Assembly: GCA_963727625.1 (NCBI GenBank)
Contig: CAVSHR010000011.1
Location: forward strand, 96,001-160,000
DNA from: an uncultured delta proteobacterium
GTDB lineage: Bacteria; Desulfobacterota; Binatia; UBA9968
Direction of reading: 5' to 3'
DNA length: 64,000 nucleotides
A model generated the notes under the pieces. That model made no database searches. It saw only the letters and a list, made by a program, of their open reading frames with translations, and was not told where the DNA came from. Below are positions 40,867-51,820 of the stretch, piece by piece. A program made the position numbers and the translations under genes. Each line of letters opens with the position of its first letter. The stretch's first letter is position 1.

Positions 40867-41778
40867 ATGATGCCTCGGCACGATAACTTTTACGACGTTT
40901 ATTCGAGGGCGAAAAAGATCAAAATAAACTGGCCGCACGGCGCGCGCATGGCGATCGCCTTGGCGGGCAATTTAGAAGCCTGGACGGAAATTCCCGACCC
41001 GAAGCACCGGCGTACGCACCATGTCGGTGGTTCCAATCCCATCAAAGAAGACGATGTCGTGTCGTTGTATGATTGCCGGACCGCGAGCGAAAACGATTAC
41101 GGCGGCCGGACCGGTGTGTGGCGGATTCTGCGCATCCTGGACAAGTACGGCGTCAAGGCCTCGTTCAACACCAACGCCCTGTGCCTTCACCGCTATCCCG
41201 AAGCCGTGAAGGCGGTGCACGAGCGCGGCCACGAGATCGTCGGCCATTCCTATGCCGAAGATATTCAGCTGACTCAACTCACCGAAGAACAGGAGCGCGA
41301 GGAGATCGGCACCTGCGCCAAGATGTTCGAGGAATTTACCGGCGTCAGACCAACGGGCTGGCTTACCTCCGGCATGCGCCATACGGAGCGGACCCTGGGC
41401 ATACTCGCTGATGAAGGTTTTACGTGGCACGGCGACGCCGTGAACGATGACAATCCTTATCCCGTCAACATCAAGGGTAAAACCATGATCATCGTGCCGT
41501 ACAAGAACGCGGTAAGCGGTTTGAACGATACCGGCATGTATCGCCGCGGCATTACCGCGCGAGATGTCTTCAATTCGTTCAAAGACGAGTTCGACCTGCT
41601 GTATGAGGAGTCGGCCCAAGAGGCCAAGATGCTCACTTTGGCGATGCACTGCCAGATGGCGTTTCCGGCCACCGGCAAGGTTTACGACGAGTGCATCAAA
41701 TACGCCAAGTCGTTTCCCGACCTCTGGTTCGCTAGGCGTTGCGAAATCGTCGATTGGGTGAAGCAAAACTGTCTATAA
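40867..41778 (+). CDS. Polysaccharide deacetylase (CE4, PuuE/PgdA-like) family protein
   Basis: WPHGARMA, YGGRTGVWRI, GHEIVGH, PTGW, DDNPY and FDLLYEE motifs. Confidence 0.85.
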   Translation: MMPRHDNFYDVYSRAKKIKINWPHGARMAIALAGNLEAWTEIPDPKHRRTHHVGGSNPIKEDDVVSLYDCRTASENDYGGRTGVWRILRILDKYGVKASFNTNALCLHRYPEAVKAVHERGHEIVGHSYAEDIQLTQLTEEQEREEIGTCAKMFEEFTGVRPTGWLTSGMRHTERTLGILADEGFTWHGDAVNDDNPYPVNIKGKTMIIVPYKNAVSGLNDTGMYRRGITARDVFNSFKDEFDLLYEESAQEAKMLTLAMHCQMAFPATGKVYDECIKYAKSFPDLWFARRCEIVDWVKQNCL

Positions 41779-41779
41779 G

Positions 41780-41866
41780 AATGGAGTGTTGGAGTATCGG
41801 AATAATGGAGTAATGCGTTCGAATCGAAAGACTATGCCCGGTACTTCCATACTCCATCGCTCCAAT
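41780..41866. repeat. Inverted arrangement of 8-bp tandem repeats (AATGGAGT / ACTCCATT-like)
   Basis: AATGGAGT GTTGGAGT ATCGGAAT AATGGAGT ... ACTTCCAT ACTCCATC GCTCCAAT. Confidence 0.75.
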
Positions 41867-41888
41867 TTTTCTCCCGAGGAATTTTGCC

Positions 41889-43271
41889 ATGTGTGACACA
41901 GCGGATGACGGCGTTGGTATCAGCAATTCGGTCCCCCGTGAGTTGAGGCTGCGCAACCGCGGGCTCCGCACGGCGGATCTCTCGGCATTGATGCCATTTG
42001 CGCGGCAGCTCGCCAACTCGCGCGAGAACCGCGACAGTCACATCGGCTTCGTCGGCTATGACAAGACCCAATCCGGCAACAAAATTCTTATCGCCATCGA
42101 TCGCGAGTACGATTTGGACGTGCCCCACGCGGTGGCGGCGGCGCTGCGCGAAAAAGGCGCGCATGTGGATCTGCTGGTCGCTGATAGGGGCGATCCCGAC
42201 CGAGTTTTTGATTACACCGACGAGGTGGAAGTCATCATGCGGCGCGAGCCCTGGGACAACAACCCGAGGCGCTGGGAGGGCACGCCTTATATCGAAGACT
42301 TCGCGCTGCGCGGCGGTTACGACCTGCTGATTCACGGCAAAGGCGGGCCGATCCCGAAAAGCGCCTTTCGCTACGAACAAATTCCTTGGCTGCGCGCCGA
42401 GCATTTCTTGCAGCGCTCGACAACGTATCCGCTTGACCTCCATTTGCTCATCAACAAGAAGACCTGGGACCCGATTTGGGAGTACGGTCGCGGCGGCCGC
42501 GCCCGTCTGACCGACGCCGAAGGCACGGATGTCTCGTGGACCTATTGGGATGAATATTACGACGGTACGCGCTATGGTTTTTCTTCGACGCCGCGCAACG
42601 GTCATCTGTTCGGCCATCCGGTGCCGCCGATCATCGCCAGGGAAGACGCGGCGGGCGTCGTCGCCGGAACGACCAGCCATTTTTCCAAAGCGTTCCCGCA
42701 AGTCAGAGTCGAGCTCGAAGGCGGGCAGCTTGTTAAGATCAGCGGCGGCGCCGCCTATGGCGACGCGTGGCGCGATCTGCTCGAAGAAAGCCGGCGCACT
42801 CAATATCCCTGCTTCCCGCGGCCGGGATTATTTTATCTTTGGGAAGTCGCCATCGGCACCAATCCCAAGATCATGCGGCCGAGCGGCATCGAAAAACATT
42901 CTTCGGGCGGTTTCGAGTGGGAGCGGCGCCGATCAGGTGTCATCCACATGGGCTTCGGCACGCTGTGGCGTTCCGCCGAGGAAAAATGGGCGGGTGAGAA
43001 CGGAATTCTTTACGGGCACTTACATATCCACTTGCTGTTTCCGACTTTTACGATCACGACCAAGAGCGGCAGGGACTACACGATCATTCGCAACGGCAGA
43101 TTAACCGCGCTGGACGATCCCGAGGTACGCAAGCTGGCAGAGAAGTACGGCGATCCCGACGATCTCTTGCGCGAAGACTGGATTCCACAAATTCCGGGGA
43201 TCACCTACTCGGGATCCTATGAGGATTATGCGCGCAATCCGGGCAAATGGATTTACCCGCAGAGTGCCTAA
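41889..43271 (+). CDS. Uncharacterised protein with a peptidase M29/NicX-like metal-binding C-terminus
   Basis: EVAIGTNP, SGVIHMGFG and GHLHIH motifs. Start uncertain. Confidence 0.65.
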   Translation: MCDTADDGVGISNSVPRELRLRNRGLRTADLSALMPFARQLANSRENRDSHIGFVGYDKTQSGNKILIAIDREYDLDVPHAVAAALREKGAHVDLLVADRGDPDRVFDYTDEVEVIMRREPWDNNPRRWEGTPYIEDFALRGGYDLLIHGKGGPIPKSAFRYEQIPWLRAEHFLQRSTTYPLDLHLLINKKTWDPIWEYGRGGRARLTDAEGTDVSWTYWDEYYDGTRYGFSSTPRNGHLFGHPVPPIIAREDAAGVVAGTTSHFSKAFPQVRVELEGGQLVKISGGAAYGDAWRDLLEESRRTQYPCFPRPGLFYLWEVAIGTNPKIMRPSGIEKHSSGGFEWERRRSGVIHMGFGTLWRSAEEKWAGENGILYGHLHIHLLFPTFTITTKSGRDYTIIRNGRLTALDDPEVRKLAEKYGDPDDLLREDWIPQIPGITYSGSYEDYARNPGKWIYPQSA

Positions 43272-43287
43272 GACCCTGTTCGTGAAA

Positions 43288-43324
43288 CGTGTTCGTGTTA
43301 TCTCCGACCGCTAGCACGAGCACG
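43288..43324 (+). repeat. Hairpin built from CACGAG/CTCGTG-like hexamers
   Basis: CGTGTTCGTGTTA-N11-TAGCACGAGCACG. Confidence 0.65.
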
Positions 43325-43467
43325 AAAATGATTGCGATATCTTCACGGTCGTCTAGCGGCAGGGATTCACCGTTAAGCACTTGAGGTTGTTGCCATATCC
43401 ACGCCCTAGCCGCTCTTGAAGTCACCGGTAGCGATCGATATGATCCGGTGCGAAGGAGAGTTTTTTA

Positions 43468-44865
43468 ATGGCCGGTAGGACACTTTACGATAAAATCTGG
43501 GAATCCCACTCGGTTGGGGTTTTGCCGACGGGGCAAATGCAACTTTTCATCGGGCTTCATCTTATCCATGAGATCACGACGGCGCCGGCGTTCGACATGC
43601 TGCGCGAAAACGGCATGGATGTGGCGTTTCGCGACCGCACCTTCGCGACCGTGGATCACATTGTCCCGACCGATCTACGCCAACGGCCTTTTCTCGACAA
43701 AGAGGCCGAAGAGTTGACTCAGGCGCTGGAGCGGAACGTGAAGCAGTTCGGCGTCGAATTTTTTGGCCTGGATAGCATGAACCAGGGTATCGTTCATGTC
43801 ATCGGCCCACAGCTCGGCTTGACTCAACCCGGTATGACGCTCGCCTGCGGTGACAGCCACACGAGTACCCACGGTGCTTTTGGCACGCTCGCCTTCGGCA
43901 TCGGCACCAGCCAGGTGCGCGACGTGTTGGCGACTCAAACCCTGGCAATGGATAAGCTCAAAGTGCGCCGGATCAATATCAACGGCGCGCTCGGCACCGG
44001 TGTCTACGCCAAGGATGTCATTCTCTACATCATTCGCCGGCTCGGCGTCGGTGGCGGTAAAGGCTTTGCCTACGAATATGGCGGTGCCGTGATCGACCGG
44101 ATGAACATGGAAGAGCGCATGACGGTATGCAACATGAGCATTGAGGGTGGCGCTTTGGTGGGTTACGTCAATCCGGACCAGACGACTTTTGATTATCTCA
44201 AAGGTCGGCCTTATGTGCCGACGGGCGAGGCTTTCGGGCGAGCGATGAATTACTGGAAGTCGGTCGCCTCGGACGGTGACGCCAAGTTCGATGATGTCGT
44301 TAATTATGAGGGGAGCGAGATCGAACCGACCGTGACTTGGGGCATCAACCCCGGACAATCCGTCGGTATCTCCGAAACCCTGCCCAAGCCCGCGGAATAC
44401 GCTGATCCAGAAGGCGCCAAGAAAGCCTACGAGCATATGGGCTGGACGCCAGGGACGCCGATTGCCGGTACGCCGATCAACGTCGCTTTCATCGGCTCGT
44501 GCACGAACGGCCGTCTCGCCGATTTCCGCGCCGCAGCAAAGATCGCCAAAGGGAGGAAAATAAACCCCAATGTGCGCGCTCTCGTTGTTCCCGGCTCGGC
44601 GGAAGTGAAGAAGCTCGCCGAACAGGAAGGGCTGGACAAGATTTTCGAAGCAGCGGGCTTTCAGTGGCGCGAAGCGGGTTGCTCGATGTGTCTGGCGATG
44701 AACCCGGACAAACTCAACGGCAGGGAAGTTTCCGCGTCGTCATCGAATCGCAATTTCATCGGTCGCCAAGGTAGCCCGCAGGGACGGACACTGCTCATGA
44801 GCCCGGCGATGGTGGTAGCCGCGGCGCTCAACGGCAAAGTGACCGACGTGCGCCAGTACGAGTAA
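43468..44865 (+). CDS. leuC: 3-isopropylmalate dehydratase large subunit
   Basis: [28 protein letters not shown] and SNRNF motifs. Confidence 0.97.
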   Translation: MAGRTLYDKIWESHSVGVLPTGQMQLFIGLHLIHEITTAPAFDMLRENGMDVAFRDRTFATVDHIVPTDLRQRPFLDKEAEELTQALERNVKQFGVEFFGLDSMNQGIVHVIGPQLGLTQPGMTLACGDSHTSTHGAFGTLAFGIGTSQVRDVLATQTLAMDKLKVRRININGALGTGVYAKDVILYIIRRLGVGGGKGFAYEYGGAVIDRMNMEERMTVCNMSIEGGALVGYVNPDQTTFDYLKGRPYVPTGEAFGRAMNYWKSVASDGDAKFDDVVNYEGSEIEPTVTWGINPGQSVGISETLPKPAEYADPEGAKKAYEHMGWTPGTPIAGTPINVAFIGSCTNGRLADFRAAAKIAKGRKINPNVRALVVPGSAEVKKLAEQEGLDKIFEAAGFQWREAGCSMCLAMNPDKLNGREVSASSSNRNFIGRQGSPQGRTLLMSPAMVVAAALNGKVTDVRQYE

Positions 44866-44875
44866 GCGAGGCAAT

Positions 44876-45490
44876 ATGAGCGAGTTTGTTAGAATTGTGA
44901 AAATCACCGGCACGGCGGTGCCGATGCGCGGCAATGACATCGATACCGACCGGATCATTCCGGCGCGGTATTTAAAGGAAGTGACCTTTGCGCGCATGGG
45001 CGATTATCCGTTTTTCGACGAACGCTACAGCGCCGACGGCAAAAAGAAAGATCATCCGTTCAATGATCCCGAGTATAGCGGTGCTTCGGTCTTGTTTGTC
45101 AACAAGAACTTCGGCTGCGGCTCGTCGCGCGAGCATGCCCCTCAAGCGCTCAATCGATTCGGCATCAAAGTGATCGTCGGCGAGTCGTTCGCGGCGATCT
45201 TTGCGGGCAATTGCACGATGATGGGGGTGCCGACGGTGACCGTCGGGGAAAAAGACATTCAGCAGCTGATGAGGAGCGTCGAGGAAAACCCTAAAACGGA
45301 GTACGCGGTCGACCTGGAGAGCAAGACGCTGGTCTACGGCAATGAGAAGATCGCTATCGACCTGCCGGAAACCTACCGCACGGCATTGATGACAGGATCG
45401 TGGAATTCCACCGCGCTGTTGCGCGCCAATCTCGATCAGGTCAAGCAGACTGCCGCCAAACTGCCATACATCGGTAACTTCGCCAACTGA
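44876..45490 (+). CDS. leuD: 3-isopropylmalate dehydratase small subunit
   Basis: DIDTDRIIP and NFGCGSSREHAP motifs. Confidence 0.97.
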   Translation: MSEFVRIVKITGTAVPMRGNDIDTDRIIPARYLKEVTFARMGDYPFFDERYSADGKKKDHPFNDPEYSGASVLFVNKNFGCGSSREHAPQALNRFGIKVIVGESFAAIFAGNCTMMGVPTVTVGEKDIQQLMRSVEENPKTEYAVDLESKTLVYGNEKIAIDLPETYRTALMTGSWNSTALLRANLDQVKQTAAKLPYIGNFAN

Positions 45491-45534
45491 TTTCTCACGA
45501 TTTCGAAAATCGGCGACACACTCCGGACTGACTG

Positions 45535-46233
45535 ATGGCTGAACGAATCGTCTCCATGCACGCCGCGCATCGCAGCGGCAAAGAAGTTGTCGACGGTTTT
45601 TTATCCCGTCCGACCGGCGGCGGCGAGCGGCCTGCCATTGTCTTAGTCCACGGCTATCGGGGCTTGGATGATGGCCAACGCGCCGTGACACGGCGCTTTG
45701 CCCAAGAAGGTTTTGTCTGTCTGTCCCCCGATTTGTTCCATGGCAAGATCTATCACACGCTGGAAGAATGCGCGCTTAAGAAAACTTCCCTCGACATTCC
45801 GCGCGCCGTCAACAACATCGTCGACAGCGTGCCTTATTTGCGCAAGCTTCCCTGGGTCGGCAAGAAAAAAGTCGCCGTGCTTGGTTTTTGCATGGGCGGC
45901 GGTTTGGCGCTGTATGCCTTGGCGCAATCGAAAGCGTTCGCCGCCGGCGTGATTTACTATCAGAGCCTGTTTCCGGACCCGGAAGAATTGAAAAGCATCG
46001 GTGCGCCGATGCTCTGCCACTACGGCACCGACGATCCGGGAACGACGCAGACCGAGATCGACATGTTTCGCGCCAGTTTGGATAAATACAAGAAAAAGTA
46101 CGAGATCGAGATGTACCAAGGGGCCGGGCACGCGTTTTTGAACAATCCCCAAAGCAAGGTTGGGGCGAACCGAGAGGCAGCGGAGAAGTCGGTGGTCAAA
46201 ACCGTAAAGTGGCTAAGAAAGATTTTAGCCTAG
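45535..46233 (+). CDS. Dienelactone hydrolase family protein
   Basis: GFCMGG nucleophile motif, GTDD and AGHAF. Confidence 0.9.
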   Translation: MAERIVSMHAAHRSGKEVVDGFLSRPTGGGERPAIVLVHGYRGLDDGQRAVTRRFAQEGFVCLSPDLFHGKIYHTLEECALKKTSLDIPRAVNNIVDSVPYLRKLPWVGKKKVAVLGFCMGGGLALYALAQSKAFAAGVIYYQSLFPDPEELKSIGAPMLCHYGTDDPGTTQTEIDMFRASLDKYKKKYEIEMYQGAGHAFLNNPQSKVGANREAAEKSVVKTVKWLRKILA

Positions 46234-46263
46234 AGCAGTAACTGCAAAACTGGGAGAACGATT

Positions 46264-46569
46264 GTGGCGAATAAGTGGGATGAGAGGAAGAAAGCACAAG
46301 AAGACGAATATTTTATCAAGAAAGAGCGTGAGCTAGTTGCGAAGTTGAAGGCGAAGCAAGAAACCGAAGCGAAAGAGGCGGCCAAAAAGGCTTCGTTCAT
46401 GAAGTGTCCTAAATGTGGCGAGGCGCTCAAAGAGCGCAGTTTTCAGAAAATTCTCATCGACCAATGTACGGGGTGCAACGGCATTTGGCTCGATGCCGGC
46501 GAGCTCGAACAAGTCGCCGACCAGGAAGGCGGAAGCTGGCTCGGCAAGTTCTGGCAGAAAAACAGTTAA
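46264..46569 (+). CDS. zf-TFIIB-type zinc-ribbon protein with an N-terminal charged helix
   Basis: CPKC...IDQCTGCNGIWLDAGEL. Confidence 0.85.
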   Translation: MANKWDERKKAQEDEYFIKKERELVAKLKAKQETEAKEAAKKASFMKCPKCGEALKERSFQKILIDQCTGCNGIWLDAGELEQVADQEGGSWLGKFWQKNS

Positions 46570-46636
46570 AGCGGTGTGGCGGCAACATTACGCCTAGGAT
46601 TGCATTTCGGGACGTAAAGCTTCAAAGGAGGCTGTC

Positions 46637-47212
46637 ATGAAACGAAATTTAAAAAATTGCCGTTTTCTGATAGCCGCTTTGGTCTTGGCTTTGCCACTGG
46701 CGCAGAATTTGCGGCTAGGGCGCGCTCAAGAAGGCAAAATCGTTCCCTATGTGCCGACGCCGCAGAAGGTCGTTGACCGGATGCTGGCGCTCGCCGGGGT
46801 AAAAAAAGGCGATGTGGTTTACGATCTTGGCTCCGGCGACGGTCGCATCGTGATCACCGCCGCAAAAAAATTCGGTGTCAAAGCGGTCGGTTTCGAGATC
46901 GATCCGGAGCGTATCAAAGAGTCCCGTGCGAACATCAAGAAGGCCGGCGTTGGCGACTTGGTCGAGATTCGCCAGCAGGATATCCTCACCGTAGACTTGT
47001 CACCGGCATCGGTACTAACGATGTATCTACTTCCTGAAGTCAATCTGATGATCCGGCCCAATATTTGGAAGCAGATGAAGCCGGGCTCGCGTGTGGTTTC
47101 GCATGATTTCGACATGGGCGACTGGAAGCCGCTCAAGACCGAATACATCCAAGATGGCTCGAGTTGGGATCACACGCTTTATCTCTGGCATGTCGAAGCG
47201 GGAAAGAAATAA
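46637..47212 (+). CDS. SAM-dependent methyltransferase with an N-terminal signal-like segment
   Basis: VPYVPTP, YDLGSGDGRI and KPGSRVVSHDF motifs. Confidence 0.88.
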   Translation: MKRNLKNCRFLIAALVLALPLAQNLRLGRAQEGKIVPYVPTPQKVVDRMLALAGVKKGDVVYDLGSGDGRIVITAAKKFGVKAVGFEIDPERIKESRANIKKAGVGDLVEIRQQDILTVDLSPASVLTMYLLPEVNLMIRPNIWKQMKPGSRVVSHDFDMGDWKPLKTEYIQDGSSWDHTLYLWHVEAGKK

Positions 47213-47284
47213 TTCGGTCGGTCGGCGGCACAAAGGCAGAGTGATTTTATTCCTGTTCAGTCTAATCGGAGGATTTTGAATCAC

Positions 47285-48439
47285 ATGATGAAATGGCGAG
47301 TAGCGGTGGTCACCATGTTGCTGGCATGGGCAGCGGTCGCTAGTCGCGGGCAGGCGGCCGAGATCAAAATTGGCATCGCCGAAGCATTGACCGGCAATGC
47401 GGCGCAATATGGCATATCGATCCGTAAGGGTTTCGAGCTCGGAGCGGCTGAAATTAATGCCGCAGGCGGTATCAATGGCCAGAAGCTTAGTCTTGTGATC
47501 GAAGATGAACAGGGCAGGAAAGAAGAGGCGATCAACGTCTTCAAAAAATTGATATTTCAAGACAAGGTTTTAATGCTTTTCGGCCCGACCTTGTCCAATT
47601 CCGCTCAGGCCTCCGACCCCGTGGCGCAATCGGCGAAAGTCGTTGTCTTCGGCACCTCAAACACCGCCGACGGGATTAGTTCCATCGGCAACTACGTCTT
47701 TCGTAATTCGGTTACTGAAGCTGACATCTTGCCGGTGACGCTCAAAGTTGCGGTGCAAAAAACCGGTCTCAGAAAAGTCGCGGTGCTCTACGGCAACGAC
47801 GATATCTTCACCAAAAGCGGCTACGATAATTTCGTCAAGGCGCTGAAAGCGCTCAAGATCGCGGTGACCAACACCGAAACCTTCGCCAAGGGAGATGTCG
47901 ACTTCAAGCCGCAATTGACCAAGATTAAAGCGGCAAATCCGGATGCGGTGGTTTTGTCCGCGCTTATCGCCGAGGGCGCACCGATCATGGTTCAAGCGCG
48001 CCAGTTGGGCATCGCTTTGCCGTTTGTCGGCGGCAATGGCATGAACTCGCCGCGGATATTCGATCTCGCGAAAGGCAGCTCGGATAATCTCTGGGTCGGC
48101 AGCCCTTGGTCGGTGGAAAATTCCGCCCCGGAAAACAAGCGCTTCATTGCCTCATTTCAAAAAGCCCATGGGGCGATGCCCGATCAATTCGCTGCGCAGG
48201 CCTACGATGCGATGTATATTTTGGCCGAGGCGCTCAAGAAAACTAAAATGACCGGCAAACTCGAAGCGGACCGCAGAGCGCTGCGCGATAATCTGCCGGA
48301 TACCCGGTGGACCGGCGCTACGGGGCCTTTCAAATTTCGCCAGGTACGCGGTCGTGGCGGAAAGCTGGCAGGTTACGACGCGGTGCAAACCGCGATCGTC
48401 ATGGTGACCAAGGGCAGTCGGTACGTGATTCAAAATTAG
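47285..48439 (+). CDS. Branched-chain amino acid (LivJ/K-type) ABC substrate-binding protein
   Basis: Signal peptide, LTGNAAQYG, EINAAGGING and AAQAYDA. Confidence 0.9.
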   Translation: MMKWRVAVVTMLLAWAAVASRGQAAEIKIGIAEALTGNAAQYGISIRKGFELGAAEINAAGGINGQKLSLVIEDEQGRKEEAINVFKKLIFQDKVLMLFGPTLSNSAQASDPVAQSAKVVVFGTSNTADGISSIGNYVFRNSVTEADILPVTLKVAVQKTGLRKVAVLYGNDDIFTKSGYDNFVKALKALKIAVTNTETFAKGDVDFKPQLTKIKAANPDAVVLSALIAEGAPIMVQARQLGIALPFVGGNGMNSPRIFDLAKGSSDNLWVGSPWSVENSAPENKRFIASFQKAHGAMPDQFAAQAYDAMYILAEALKKTKMTGKLEADRRALRDNLPDTRWTGATGPFKFRQVRGRGGKLAGYDAVQTAIVMVTKGSRYVIQN

Positions 48440-48442
48440 CGG

Positions 48443-49324
48443 ATGCTCGTCCAACAAATCGTCAACGCAATTACCTTGGGCGGCGTCTACGCGCTCTTCG
48501 CCCTCGGATTCACTCTGGTCTTCGGCGTCCTAAATGTTGTCAATCTGGCCCACGGCGCGATTTTTATGCTCGGCGCCTACGTTGCGCTGCAAGCGGTTGT
48601 ACTACTCCACGCGCCGCTCCTGCCGGCGGTTTTGGCCGCCATGGCCTGCACCGCGATTGCCGGCTGGATTATCGATAAGCTGGTATTTGCACCCTTGCGC
48701 AGGCGCCGAGCGCCGCACCTGGCGCCGATGGTGGCGACCATCGGCTTAGCGCTGGCTATGACCAGCGCCGTCGAGGGTTTTTTCGGCGCGCAGAACTTGC
48801 GTTTTCCGGTCGAGATTTTGCCTGTCGAGGTCATCCATTTTGCCGGGGCGCGGATGAGCTGGTTGGAGCTCAGAATCGTTTTCCTGGCGTTCTTGCTCAT
48901 GGCTGTGCTGCTCTGGGGGCTTAAGAAAACTCTCTTGGGAACCGCCTTGCGAGGCCTTGCCGAGTCGCCCAAGGCCGCGGCGATTTTAGGCGTAGACGTC
49001 GACGGACTCTTCCGTGTCACATCGATGATCTCCGCCATGCTCGGCGGCGTCTCTGGGGCGCTGATCGCGCTCTACAGCAACGCGGTGTTTCCGCATATGG
49101 GTCAACCGATGTTGCATAAGGGGATCGCCGTGGTGATTCTTGGCGGCATGGGAGATATCCGGGGCGCCATGCTCGGCGGTTTTTTTCTCGGCTTTGCCGA
49201 GGTGTTTTCGGTTGCCTACATCGGCTCGACGATGCGCGATGCGGTCGCCTTCGGCTTACTGTTCGTCGTGCTCTTGCTCCGGCCCGAAGGGCTGTTCGGC
49301 CATGCGGCGCAGCGGCGCGCCTGA
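48443..49324 (+). CDS. livH: LivH-type ABC permease
   Basis: YALFALGFTLVFGVLNVVNLAHG, ILGGMG and RPEGLFG motifs. Confidence 0.88.
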   Translation: MLVQQIVNAITLGGVYALFALGFTLVFGVLNVVNLAHGAIFMLGAYVALQAVVLLHAPLLPAVLAAMACTAIAGWIIDKLVFAPLRRRRAPHLAPMVATIGLALAMTSAVEGFFGAQNLRFPVEILPVEVIHFAGARMSWLELRIVFLAFLLMAVLLWGLKKTLLGTALRGLAESPKAAAILGVDVDGLFRVTSMISAMLGGVSGALIALYSNAVFPHMGQPMLHKGIAVVILGGMGDIRGAMLGGFFLGFAEVFSVAYIGSTMRDAVAFGLLFVVLLLRPEGLFGHAAQRRA

Positions 49325-49358
49325 GCGCCGACATGCTTATAGCTTTAGACCCGATCTC

Positions 49359-50222
49359 ATGGAATGGTTTGTTAACTTTTGGGCGACGTACAATACCTTG
49401 GTGTTTTCCACCGGCACCAACGTGCTGCTGGCATTGTCGATTTACCTTACGTTAGCATGCGGTTTGCTCACTGTGGCCAACGCGGCCTTTATGGCTCTCG
49501 GCGCGTACACTGCGGCATTATTGACTTTAGAGATCGGAATTCCGTTTGGCCTGGCACTGTTGGTTGGAGTGTTGCTGCCGGCGTTGGTGGCACTTTTGAT
49601 CGGCGGGCCAACACTGCGCCTTTCCGGTGTCTATCTAGCCATGGCGACGCTGGCCTTCGGCGAGGTCGTTCGCATCATGATTCTCAATGCCGAGGGTTTG
49701 ACCGGAGGCGCCCTCGGTCTCAACGGGATTCCGCAGCTCACCCAGGGTTTCCATGTGGCTGCGGCATTGGCCACAACACTCTACCTGGTAGTGCGCTTGG
49801 CAAACTCTCGCGTCGGACGGACTATCGCCGCGATTTGTCAAGACGAGACCGCTGCTGAGCTGGTCGGCGTCGACGTTCGAGCTTATAAGCTTTTGGTATT
49901 TGTGCTGGGCGCCGGTCTGGCCGGGCTGGCCGGCGGGCTCAACGCCCATTTTACGTTTTTTATCAGTCCCAATGAGTTCGGCTTCGAGCGGGCCGTGGAA
50001 ATTCTCGCCATGGGCGTATTGGGAGGCACAGGCAGTCCGTGGGGTGCGGTGATCGGCGGCGTCTTGATTACTTTATTGCCGGAGTTTTTACGCGGACTCG
50101 GCCACTATCGACCACTAATCAACGGGGCCATTCTAATCGTCATTATTCTCTATTCGCCCAAGGGGATATGGGAGCTCTTGCGCCCTTCGCGTGGGACGGC
50201 GAGAGCGCCGGCGGCAATGTAG
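49359..50222 (+). CDS. livM: LivM-type ABC permease
   Basis: LRLSGVYLAMATLAFGE, DETAAELVG and PKGI; start at ATG 49359. Confidence 0.88.
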   Translation: MEWFVNFWATYNTLVFSTGTNVLLALSIYLTLACGLLTVANAAFMALGAYTAALLTLEIGIPFGLALLVGVLLPALVALLIGGPTLRLSGVYLAMATLAFGEVVRIMILNAEGLTGGALGLNGIPQLTQGFHVAAALATTLYLVVRLANSRVGRTIAAICQDETAAELVGVDVRAYKLLVFVLGAGLAGLAGGLNAHFTFFISPNEFGFERAVEILAMGVLGGTGSPWGAVIGGVLITLLPEFLRGLGHYRPLINGAILIVIILYSPKGIWELLRPSRGTARAPAAM

Positions 50223-50225
50223 ACC

Positions 50226-50984
50226 ATGCTTAAACTGACTGCGGTGTCAAAAAATTTTGGGGGGCTTCAGGTCCTCGATGGTTTGGACCTGACAGTTCCC
50301 GAGCGGGGGGTATTCGGCCTGATTGGGCCGAACGGCGCGGGTAAGACTACCGTATTCAATCTGATCACCGGACTGCTGGCGCCGAGTTCGGGCAGCATCG
50401 AGTTTCGTGGCCAGCATCTCAATGGCATGGCGCCGCATCGTGTTACCCGGTGCGGCTTGGCGCGAACCTTTCAGAACATTCGCTTGTTCAAGGAAATGAC
50501 ACTTAGCGAAAATGTTCTCGTGGCTTTCAACGGCCGTCAGCGATCCGGCGCGCTGAGCCTGTTCTTGCCGCTGCCTTCCTACCGACTCGCGGCGCGACGC
50601 GAACAAGAACAGGCGCACGAGCTTCTGGCCAAAGTCGGCTTGACTGCCAAAGCCGATCTCTTGGCCGGGACGCTGTCCTACGGCGAACAGCGGCGCTTAG
50701 AGATCGCCCGCGCATTGGCGACTGAACCGAAATTGCTGTTGCTTGATGAACCGGCTGCGGGCATGAACAGCGCCGAAAAATTGCTGTTGATGGAGGAGAT
50801 CGTCAAATTGCACGAGAGCGGGTTGACTCTACTGATCATCGAGCACGACATGCGCTTCATCATGGGATTGTGCGAGCAAATCACCGTCTTGAATTTCGGC
50901 AAGGTGATCGCTTGCGGCGCACCGGACGAGATTCGCGCCCATCCGGAGGTTATAGCGGCGTATCTAGGCCGAGACGAGGCTTGA
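50226..50984 (+). CDS. livG: LivG-type ABC ATPase
   Basis: GPNGAGKT, ARTFQNIRLF, LLLDEPAAG and AYLG motifs. Confidence 0.9.
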   Translation: MLKLTAVSKNFGGLQVLDGLDLTVPERGVFGLIGPNGAGKTTVFNLITGLLAPSSGSIEFRGQHLNGMAPHRVTRCGLARTFQNIRLFKEMTLSENVLVAFNGRQRSGALSLFLPLPSYRLAARREQEQAHELLAKVGLTAKADLLAGTLSYGEQRRLEIARALATEPKLLLLDEPAAGMNSAEKLLLMEEIVKLHESGLTLLIIEHDMRFIMGLCEQITVLNFGKVIACGAPDEIRAHPEVIAAYLGRDEA

Positions 50985-50997
50985 CTCACACCCAGCT

Positions 50998-51711
<714 letters not shown>

Positions 51712-51820
51712 ATATTTAGAGTATTGGTAAGGGTGTGCCGGCGGTAAACGCAGATGAATGAGCGGGATATACCCATCGGACCTCATACGCTTCCCGGTGC
51801 GGCTCAAGGGAATTACGGTG

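Noticed and set aside
51736-51760. AACGCAGATGAA, reminiscent of dispersed CGCAGAT repeat elements
   Set aside because: A single degenerate unit with no clear inverted partner.
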